The notes below the pieces were generated by a model. It made no database searches. It saw nothing but the letters and a program-made list of their open reading frames with translations, and was not told the origin of the DNA. Below are positions 53,916 to 64,000 of a stretch of 64,000 nucleotides of DNA, in pieces; the stretch's first letter is position 1; each line of letters opens with the position of its first letter. The stretch spans positions 974,725-1,038,724 of the forward strand of contig RHPI01002090.1 of the NCBI GenBank assembly GCA_009103225.1. Direction: 5' to 3'. Position numbers and translations under genes: made by a program. The stretch is from Chlorokybus atmophyticus (taxonomy: Eukaryota; Plantae; Mesostigma and Chlorokybus algae).

Positions 53916-56900
53916 GGGCCTGCGTCAAGAAAGTCGGATGAGCTTGGGACAACAATGCACATGACGTTGAAGTTAATTGTCGGTGAGATGTCTCATATGT
54001 AACAACATGACTTGATTGTGCATGGACTTACCAGCTGGAGCAGCTTGTCTTCCACCTGCACGCCCAAATAGCTGCCCACCCAAAGCATATGAGAGTGTGT
54101 AAGTGTGTGCCCGTGCATGCGTGCGTGTGCGCACGTGTGCGCTTGCATGCTTACACGTACACATGCATGCATGCGTGCGTAGCAGCTGATGTGTACTCTT
54201 CATGTAAGTGTTGTTACCTTCGCTTAAAAGCCAGCCTGTTGCGTGACGGATGGGCATCCAGTGCAACCCGAGAGTGCCAATGAATGCGCGCTAAGCATCC
54301 ACAGCCACGCACATGTCCTAGTGGTTGAGCTGATGCAAGTGAGCGCTCATCTTTCTTACAACACGCAATGCCAAAGGACCCTGCGAGTCAGCCGATAATA
54401 TGTTCAAGAGCGCAATCATCTCGTAAGCATGTGTGCGTGCGAGCGTGCAACACGCAAAAACGATGTGTGCGCGAGGGAGTGCTACTGATAGATATAGTTA
54501 GTAGACAGACACCAAAACAACCGCTATATGTGTGCATTGCATGGCATGCTATGTGAGTGCATTGGTCTAAGTTGTGCGGGCCTCGCATGCTGCGCGTGGG
54601 GACAAACGCAATATGACAAGCTCACGTTCTATGGATGCTGCTTGAGCCATGCAGGCGGTGAGCTACTGTAGCCAAGCAGCCATATCGTCTTAGCTCAGGA
54701 TGGACAAGTGCTTCGTCACCCAACCTCTTGTAGCCATCAAAGTCCAAGCGGTGTGGTGTTAACTGCGCTGATTGCAGTGATGATGGTGAGTGGACAGTGC
54801 ATGTCGCATGCATGTTTGATGGCTAGCAGTGGCAGCTGACTCATTATTCAATTTGCGCAAAACACAGCAGCTAACAGCCTGTGGTGCACATGACAATTTC
54901 AGCTGTCACATGCAGCAAAAGCATATTATAACATGCAAAGTTGAAGTAGAATCAGCAATGCACACAGCAAGTTAGCCAGTAAGAATCAACCTTGAGGTGG
55001 GGTTAGCACTTCAATAGTTGCGAGGTAGAACTATTGATGGCAGCATTAGGCAGCTCCGTCAGCTGGCCAGCGGTGAGTGCCGCGTGGCAGTGCTGCCCTC
55101 GCCACCGTGGGCTTCACGACCGTCCCTGAACATGAGGTCAGTATGCTTGATTGATTGCTCGTAAGACCAAGCTTATTGCGTGCAATTGGACACGCATACA
55201 CGCGCACAGTTACATGCACATACAGTCACATGCACATACACGCGCACAGTCACATGCGGTCAGACACGTAGTCACGCTCGCGCACACACACACACGCACA
55301 CACACTCGCACGCCATGCTTTGAATGCATACATGAGGACTGAGCAGTGGTCCGTGTGCGTGTATATGCATGCATTAAAATGTGCGTGCATGTATGCACAC
55401 TAGCTACTTATCTGTCAGTGCATGTGCAAGTGCGCATGGTTGTTTTCATGCATGTGTGTCCTTTTCAAAGTGATCACATTAACGTGCGTGTGAACCGAGC
55501 TTAAGAGTATGCGTACACACAATCACATACACATACATGTTTGCAAGTGTGCGCACATTTACACATGTCCGATAAACAACATCAGACGGACATCCTACCC
55601 AACTTCATGCAATGCGCCCTCATAACAACACCATTCATCCACCTGAGCAGGACAACAAGAGCAGCTGTGGAGGTACACAGGAGGAGGGAGGAGCAAGAGC
55701 ACATGAACAAGTGGCGCTGGCCCGATGAATTGTGCCAGCCCCAGCAGCAGCGTTGCTGCCGGCCACCACTGCCAGCGGCCCGGTGGCACGGAGAAGGAGC
55801 GGCTGAGAAATGGGACAAGCAGGCGCAGGTGGCTGAGACTCTTGCCGGCCTTGACTTTGAGCGTACCGCCCTCCAGCAACGCCAAATCCTGTGCTGCTCT
55901 TCCCCCGCAGGCCGCACGGAACCCTAATGGCCCTGCGCTGTGCATTCCGACTTGTTACGTTACGCCCTGCAGCAGGTGCACGGCAGCGCTGCCTGCAGGC
56001 AAAGGAGGCAACGGCGGCGTTTTGTGAGTTGACGGCGGGGGGGACAGCGTTGCTAGAGTAGGCAGCGGCTAGTGCATGAGTTGCTAGCTCTGCTTGCTGG
56101 GTACATGCATGATGGCTTGCTCGATGCCTGACAAGGTTGTAGCAATTGCGTGACTGTTGCGCCTTACTACAAAGCTGAGCAGTGCAATGGGGGGCTTATG
56201 TTGCCAACAGTGAGGGGCGGCGGCAACGTGGGCGGCAGGGACGCTCATACTTACGCTCGCCGCCCGAAGCACAGACCAAAAGACGCCAGCTATGAGCGGA
56301 CGCTGGTGGCGAGCGTGAGCCGGGCATGCTCTTACGCCGGCCGCTGAATGAGGCTGCTTGATGCTTATTTCGGAATGATCCGCTGCTGGTGGCTGTTGGC
56401 TTTTGGATCCGCTGCTGTTGCGCTTAAGCATGTAGTGGTTCATCCATTGCTGCTTGCTAGCTGGCATGCACGACCGTGCATAGGAAGGAGTCATGATCGG
56501 TGTTTTCCTATGCACCAAGCATCCACTTTCACCTTTATACGATCTACAGCAGCTCATGTTCCCTCTGCCAGAGAAGCAACTCAGGGTGAGTGCTGCTATG
56601 CAGAATCGTTTTCATGCAATGCAGAACGAGCATGTGAGACTATGCATGGCAATGCCCAAATGACACCACAATTGCTGCACTAGCGCCCAAAAACAACGCT
56701 GGATGGGAGCAGTGCAAACAACGGTGCAACACATAAACACGTCAGCGCCAAGCTTTCCTTCAGATATAAGGCACATGCGCACAGCGCTGCATGTCGCTAT
56801 TCACAAAGAAGCAGGACTCCACTGGCACAAGCAACCGCTTGGTAAGTTCGACTCTCCATACTGCTACATGCGTAGGTCCACAAATCCAGGTGCTAGGAAT

Positions 56901-57589
56901 GCGCTGTATAAGGCTGCGCCTGCTGTGTCTTGCTGCTGCGACGCTTATTGCTGAGCCTTGTTCATATCGTTGTTGCTAGCATTGGTTGGCACTGAAAGTT
57001 GCAACTGAGCTGGATCGGCATGTGCACCACCTAATGGGAGTTCCGCTTATAACTTGGGAAATTGTTGAAACTGGCACTACAAAACGGGCACAGGTCAGTG
57101 TCGCATTCCATTCCATGTTTGTGTGCACATGAGTGCGCATGTAAGTGCGCTTGTGTTTAGTCTTTTGCGTTACACGCGGCGTTGCAGGACATAATAAGTT
57201 GCACGCGTGCATACATGCACCCATGTTTGTAGTTGTTCCGCGCATGTGCACGTGCGTGTGAGTGCGCATGTGCGCAACCTATATCCAACCTCAGGCGTTG
57301 CACGGCAACCGCAAGACATAAACAATTGCATGCACGCGTGCATGCATGTACCCATGCATATAGGCACGCTTGCATGCATGTACGCACGGGTGCCTGGCGT
57401 TTTAATCTATTTAACGGCCATTCAACAAAAATTGTGTGCGTTGCGTACTCACTTCCATTCAATTTCTAATACTTAACGCTGGCTTTGTACCCCGTCAACA
57501 TGTTGATTGTTGTTTCAGATCCCGTGTAGAGCGGCGACTGTGTTTCCTAGTAAGGTTGGTACATGTCAATAAGTGGTACAGCAGCTGTG

Positions 57590-58395
57590 GCAATTTAGCA
57601 CATCTCTCCTCTCACTTGCACGCGCCTTGTGCGACTCTGACGATGTTGTTCTTGTTATACAAGAACAACCATCCCGTACGTGCATGCAGGTCTTGCTGGA
57701 GAACGGTGGCGTGCCCTACGTTGGCCGCCTCACTTACTGCAGCTCCAAGATCTAAGTTGTGTGTTACGTGACAAGATGGGGTGACTCGCTCCAACAACCT
57801 TATGTTGGCCGCCTCGTTTACAGTAGGTAGGATGCAAGTGTGTGTGAGACAAGGCAGGGCCCCAAAATCGGGTATCTGCTTCAACAACCTCGTATTGGCT
57901 GCCTCAGCTGTTGCAGCTCCAAGACCTCAGATGCGTGTTGCTTGACAAGGCAGGGATATCCGCTCCAACTTCATGTTGACTGCCTGAGTTACTGCAGCTC
58001 CAAGATCTCAAAGCTGGCATGTAGGTCTTGCTATGGGGAACGGTGGCGTGCACCAAGCGGACCCCACATCACGGCGTTGGCCGCCACAGTTACAGGTCCA
58101 AGATCTCACCAAGTATTACTCACCGCAGTAAAATGTGTGTCTTGTGACCAGATGATAGGGTGATTGGCTCCAACAACCAAGGTTGGCCGCCGCAGGTAAT
58201 GCAGCTCCAAGACCTTTGATTTGTGTTGTGCGACAAGACACGGATAACCGCTCCGACAACTCATTTCAAGCCGGCTGCCTCAGGTTCTGCGCCGTCAGGA
58301 TCTTGAATGTGTGTTGCATGATAAGATGGAGCGTTCTGCTCCAACAACTTGTTAATCCCCACGCTGACAATCCAAGTTTTACAGCTTCAAGATGT
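57590..58395 (+). pseudogene. Second degenerate tandem array (about 80-110-bp units) translating as LRR-like repeats
   Basis: GCAGCTCCAAGA(T/C)C(T) or a variant of it recurs at about 57741, 57915, 57996, 58094, 58203 and 58383. Units read WPPHLLQLQDLSCVL, LPQLLQLQDLRCVLLDKAGISAPT, LPELLQLQDL and WPPQVMQLQDL*FVL. Confidence 0.55.
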
Positions 58396-58734
58396 CTGTT
58401 CAATAAAAGAGTACACGCGAGCTCTTGAATCGTAGGTGGTAATGCACGGAAGGTCTTTTATCGTTTCTCAGAGTTTTCAAACCTAAATAACATTATTACA
58501 AAGCTGTTGTATGTTGCGGATTTTACAGCTTCTTCATTTAAGTGTTCGCGCACGGAAGTTCCCACATGAGGTAGCAGAGTGCCGATGAAATGAAATTTAA
58601 ATGTGCGTACTTCAAATGCTTCCATGTAAACCTTACATGAGTGCTGAGTACTCATGGCACAACGTTTACATTCAAGCTCTCATATGTTGCAGATGTTGAA
58701 GGTTCTTAACTTTGACACTAATGTGCTCACGTAT

Positions 58735-59293
58735 TGTAATAGATGTCTATGTCGCCACCGACAACCCTTCAATCCTCTACCCCAACACCCACACCACCGG
58801 AGACAAGCCGTATCACACCCCTGGCAGCATGGCCCTGCAAATGGGTAGAAACATGATAGAGGTCTCATCAGTTGATGGGGCCTTCTATATCAAGAGCATA
58901 TCACAATGATGTATCTTAATATTAAACTCACAACTAAATATCATCCCTACAGATAGGGTTGCCGTTAGAAATCTCGGTTGAGCCAATCAGAGATCGGATA
59001 TTAAACGATACGGTCTTCAACAATAAAGTACCTATCAATAAGGTACTTAACCTGACATCTGACCATAGTAATCGCATATGTGGAATCGCATATGTGGAAT
59101 GCAACACTGGATAGGCTTGATAGGCGGTGCTACACTTATTGGGACTTAACAAAGCTATATAATAAGATATTATAAGCTTTGCTAAGCAAGGAAGCGTTAG
59201 AAAGAGGTATAAATAAGAATTTATTATACTTATTTATACAAGATGTACCATTTAGGTAACAATAATACACCTATTATTATTGCTCCCATTACA
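58735..59293 (-). repeat. 3' LTR (559 bp) of the chromovirus
   Basis: It begins TGTAAT immediately after the PPT and ends ATTACA (a perfect 6-bp terminal inverted repeat, TG...CA). Confidence 0.8.
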
Positions 59294-60040
59294 TTCCCCC
59301 CACTTGGGTTTTCAACGTCCTCGTTGAACAAGTCAAGTTGATCAGGCCTGGGTCCGAGTATATGATACCCGTAAGATTGCAGGAACTGTTAAGGTGATAC
59401 TGAAACTGCACTGCCAGTCTGTCGTAAACCAGGCCCACGGTTTACGGTTTGGGATTTGAATCTCAATAAGCTCGAAGCAACTCGCGGCAGTGCGAAAGAT
59501 GCCTGTCGGGCTCCCAACTTGTATATTCTGGACCATACCCTTTCCGTTTGACCAAATCGCGGTTGCACGTCCTTTACTATCCAGCATGTGGTCCAATACA
59601 GCTTCCACCTCGTATTCGAGCTCGCTGTCCACCTCTACTGATGGTGGTGGAGGCTATGTTCTACCATCTGAGCGGTATGGTTTTTACAAGTTCACATGGA
59701 ACACGTTGTGTATACGCATGCTCGGGAGCAATTGTAGTCGTCTAAGCGTGCGTACCAACTCTATGTGATAGAGAACGGACCAAATCATCGGGGCAGCAAC
59801 TTGCGAGCACCCGCACCTTTAATGGGTATGGGTTTTGCGTTAAGCAAACTTCATCGCCAATATTTGGCGTGCGAAGAGAGTCGAGGGTCACGCTGTCTCG
59901 GACAGCTACAGGGAAAGACATGCTCGCTAGCCATGCTACTGCAAAATGCTGTAACGTGTAGCAAAAGCGTAAAGTGTAACCCCGCTCTTATTGCGACAAG
60001 TGCTTTGTAGAGCTGCTTCGCTGCTACTGAATAATACGAC
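58735..60040 (-). mobile_element. Truncated, inactivated Ty3/Gypsy chromovirus: integrase C-terminus, chromodomain, PPT and 3' LTR
   Basis: The minus strand reads GARKLLPR*FGPFSI...RIHNVFHVNL*KPY...EYEVEAVLDH / (frameshift) LVKRKGYGPEYTSWEPDRHLSHCRELLRAY* (stop at 59463). The polypurine tract AAGTGGGGGGAA (59294-59305) abuts the LTR. The upstream boundary is approximate. Confidence 0.92.
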
Positions 60041-61284
60041 ATGTGGAGTCAATGTTCTCCTTAGTGTACATGCTGTGCTGTAGGACACACAGTCAACAAA
60101 CCACTACTATAGGTAGTGCTGTTTACACAGTTCTTTACATGAGTGGAAAATGTGTTACACTATTAAGTGAGGTGAATGAGCAAGCAACACGTGGATGCTA
60201 TGCCTTAACTGATGCCAACACGCACACCGCAACCGGACACACCAAGCTCACAGCAATCACACAGATTTTTCCCGCGGACCAGCCCTGGTTCGCACGTACG
60301 GACCAGGGCCAAATTGCCCGGGCGGCTTGGGGTCCGGACCAGGGTCCCCCGCCTTGGTCTGCACGCGGGGACTAGGTGCGCGTCTCATAAGTATGGCGCA
60401 TGACTACCAGTCATTGACCGGTCGTCATTATGCGTATTAGCCGGCTGCAGTCGGACCAGCGTAAGGAAAAACTGACAATGGTTAATGCGGCAATGTAACT
60501 ACGCTTTGGCGGCTAACTGCGATCAGCCGCAGCTGACCGCGGTTGGGCCGCCGCTGCTGGTGGCCTGGCGGGCAGCCTGGTGCTCCATACCAAGAACACC
60601 AGGGCACGCCGCTGGCCTGGTAATGCTGGTCACCTCCAGGCCAGCACAACCTGGCCAAGGTTGGTCGCCATAGCCATGGCTTTCTAGCATCCGCCCTGCA
60701 CACTCATGGCCTTGTGACGCTCACCAGGCCCTGACTAGAACTTGCATGCTCAGGCCAGAAAGTATGCCGGGCTTCATGCTGCACCTGTTAACAATCAAGC
60801 ATACATGCACAAAGCAGACATACACACTAATTAACATGAACATTGTAGTTTACATGCATAGCGTTACCCTTTGATACGCACCTACATCAACCAACAACCA
60901 CCCTAGTGCTAACTACCTACTCAAGCCTAGCACAAATTGCGTACCTTATCTACACACAAGCGTAGCTACATGCACGCACGCATGCACAGCAGTTGAACAT
61001 ACAGTCACACGCGCACATATCACAAAAACGCGTACCTGTAACAGCCTAACGTCCGCTCCTTTTGCTATATTATGTGCCATCTTGGCTACTGTGCCGGGCC
61101 TGCACGTGCATGTATTAGATAGGTCTGCCACTGTAGGCATGCGTTTGTGCATACTGTGCTTGCAACACGCCAGGCATGCGCAGGCTTACCTACGTATGTG
61201 CACGTGCGCACCTATTCACGCATAAGCAATGCTCAGTGATTCATGCATGCGTGCTCACTCATCCGCATGCGCACGTACACACTC

Positions 61285-62276
61285 CTCGCACCTTGAACCA
61301 GTGGAGGGCACAGCAGCTGAGGTAGTGCTTGCGTGTGCAAAGCCACTACACTGGAACTTCGTTCTCTCTCTTTTCAGCAGCGGCGTGCTGCCAGCAGCAC
61401 CATGCGGCATGGTGGGCAGTCACCTTCGTGCGTGTGTGCGTGAGCGCATATGACATGCACGTGTGCGCATGCTATGTGTGCGTGTTCACATCTCTTTGAG
61501 ATAAGGGTAGGGTAGGGAGGNCAGTGTACACGCAGCAACTGCCTCATAGGCCGCACTGGCCAGTGCGGTCTATGAGGCAGCCTTATAGGCTGTCCTGGGT
61601 AGTGCGAGCTATGTAGTCCAGCAAGTGTGTGTATGTGTGCACGTGTGTGCATGCATGCGTGACAAGGAGCAGCACTTGCATGCTAGGCATGCTTGGCAGT
61701 GCCTGTGCGGCCTATGAGCTCATCTATAGGTGTTTGCGTTCACACGTGTGCAATGCAACACACGCATGCACACCTTCACGCACGCACGTGCGCACACTCA
61801 TGCGCGAGCAAAGACACACTCAGCGCACCTTGATGCAAGCTTGAAGATGGTGGAGCCGAGCAGCTGAGGCGAGGTAGTGTAGGTAGCGTTGGCAGAGCCA
61901 TGCATCAAAAACTCATTCGCTCTTTTCAGCAGCGGGTTGCTGATTGCCAGCTTGGGGCAGTCCGCAGATCTGCGAGTGCGCGTGCATGTGAGCGCATGCA
62001 CGTGCATGTTCACATGCACGTGAGCGTGCATGCTGTATGTATGTGCGCATCTCTTTGAGAAAAGAAGGGGCGGGGGGGACACGTGTTCATATGCATGGTG
62101 TGCATGCAGACTCTGTGACTGGCTCATAGGCCGCACTGGAAAGTGCGGTCTATGAGCCAGATGTTGAGTGTCAATGTGTGCACGTGGCTGTGGATGCACG
62201 TAATCTCGTGCGTGTGTCATGCAGAGCACATGTGTTGCACAAGCGCGTGCATATGCGCACATGTTCATCCCTGAAC

Positions 62277-62350
<74 letters not shown>

Positions 62351-64000
62351 TGTGAAGAGCAGCNGCATCACGCTCCCCAGCGACAGTGACGTCCCGAATC
62401 GCGTGCCTGTTCAAACACATGCAGTCATACATACGATTGTGTACATGCACAAGCAGTCATGCATACGCACGTCTAAGCACAAGCGCATGCACGCACGAGC
62501 CTGTGCACGGGTGCGCGCACACACACGCGTGTCACGCGCATGGTGCATGTGTACTCGGGTGCGTATATGCACGTGTGCGCAGCCAGCCGCCTATGCCTTC
62601 TAGTCGCCAGGTATCGCTGGCTCATAGGCCGCACTCAGTGCGGCCTATGAGCCAGCTAATAGAAAACGCCTCATAGGCACTGGTCAGTGCGGCTTACTGA
62701 CCAGTGCCTATGAGCCAGCCTCATAGGCTGCACTATTAGTAGCCCAACAAATGTCTGCACTCACGCACGCACAATTGCGCACTCATGCACCTGCACACTC
62801 TAATTGCACACTCATCGCACCTTAAAGATGGCGGAGGGCACGAAGCTGGGGTGAGTAGTGTCTGCGTACGCAGAGCTGTGCACTACAGACTTCTCTCTTG
62901 TGCAGCGGGTTGCTAATTGCAGCTTGGGGGCAGTCCGCATACCTGCGCGAGTGCGACTGCGTGAGCACATGCACATGGGTACAGTTGCATGCGCGTGCGC
63001 GAATGCTTGTATGTGTATGTGCACGTCTTTGAAGGAGGGGGGGGGGGGGGGGNGACACATGTTCACATGCTAAATTGCCTCAGAACTGCCTCATACGCCG
63101 CACTGGACATCCAGTGCGGCCTATGAGGCAGTTGCTGTAGAGCCCATTGCATAACCACAGGGTTACAACCTTGCAGCATGCAACGACACACGCACATGTT
63201 ATCGCATACAACGGCATACATACACGCAACAATCAGTGCACACAAGTCACAGCGGATGTTTAGACATGACTGACTTGTATCAGCATACATTGATAACAAC
63301 AATAAAACACCAACGACTAATACTACTGCTGCCAGACCGAGTAGTGCCTACATTAGATATTCGCACACGCACGCACGCATGCAAACTGTTGATATCTTCG
63401 TGTGCTTGTGCAAATGGATGCACTTGCAAAGACATGCATGTATGCACGCGCATGCAGCTGGCGCTTGCAAAGCCGCGTATGACTCTTTTGTGCTGACCAT
63501 CCATTTGATCAGTGCGGCCTATGAGCCAGCCTCATAGGCTGCACAAAATAGTGCAGCCTATGAGGATGCACTTGAATAGCTAGTAGCCCAAAAAGTATGC
63601 GTATGTGTGCATGCTTGTGTGGATGATGCGGTAGTGTTCGTGCATTCACACATGAGCAGTCTCACAACACGCACGCACACTTGTACGCGTGCACACACGC
63701 TCATCGCACCTCAGGGCCTTGACGATGGTGATGCAGAGCATGGGCAGCTAGGGCAAGGTAGTGCTCGCGTACACAAGCTGCGGACTCCAAAGTAGTTCTC
63801 GTTTGAGCACCGGGTTGCTGATTGCCAGCTTACGGGGCAGTCCACATACCTGCGCGTGCACATGCCCATGAGCTGTGCGAGTGCGCGCAGGCATGTGCGC
63901 GTGCGCGCATGCATGTGTGTGTGTGTTTGTGTGTGTGTGCGCGCGCGCGTGTGTGTGTGTGCGCGTGTGCTGCAAGGAAGGGGGGGGGGGGGGGGGGGGG
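61285..64000. repeat. Tandem array of composite cassettes (conserved core of about 120-140 bp, CA/GCAT-rich spacers, G tract and palindromes); runs off the window end
   Basis: Homologous cores lie at about 61292-61425, 61829-61969, 62821-62942 and 63710-63849. CTCATAGG...CCTATGAG-type palindromes lie at 61539-61580, 62119-62160, 62616-62656, 62670-62714, 63084-63133 and 63530-63565. Confidence 0.9.
62278..62350. repeat. Poly-C tract (73 nt) near a single N at 62364
   Basis: Seen directly; its length is probably unreliable. Confidence 0.9.

Noticed and set aside
60102-60118. CACTAC-TATAG-GTAGTG as a CACTA transposon footprint
   Set aside because: The inverted repeat is only 6 bp and there is no 3-bp target duplication; expected by chance.
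62278-62350. 73-nt poly-C (and other long C/G runs beside Ns) as a functional G-quadruplex or telomere-like element
   Set aside because: G tracts recur in the cassettes and are probably real, but their lengths coincide with Ns and contig joins and are likely sequencing or assembly artefacts.
53060-64000. CRISPR array or integron interpretation of the repeat arrays
   Set aside because: The context is eukaryotic and intron-rich. Repeats are degenerate, spacers are homologous to one another rather than unique, and no cas or integrase gene is present.

Overview
Intron-rich eukaryotic genomic DNA, most likely from a green alga or early streptophyte. This is an inference from a plastid-type FAD6, a Viridiplantae-type DnaJ-ferredoxin protein, a flagellar CCDC146/MBO2 gene and short GT-AG introns. 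From 1 to about 51 kb it is a compact, gene-dense block of about 14 genes: CDC40/PRP17, CCDC146/MBO2, a PH-domain protein, a zeta-crystallin-type quinone oxidoreductase, an uncharacterised gene, a UDP-Gal/Glc transporter, a dienelactone hydrolase, GUF1, ALG14, METTL16/FIO1, FAD6, a 116-aa orphan, UGD and a DnaJ-ferredoxin. Their strands alternate almost perfectly, and two AT-rich islands and two N gaps interrupt the block. From about 52 to 64 kb it is repeat-rich: two decayed arrays that translate as leucine-rich-repeat-like units, the 3' end of a chromovirus (Ty3/Gypsy) LTR retrotransposon, a hairpin-rich GC island, and a tandem array of at least 4 cassettes. Each cassette has an exon-like core of about 120-140 bp, a G tract and long palindromes whose arms co-vary; this array is the most unusual feature. 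No rRNA, tRNA or CRISPR array was recognised. Gene models were assembled by eye from splice signals and protein-family motifs, and no database searches were run.
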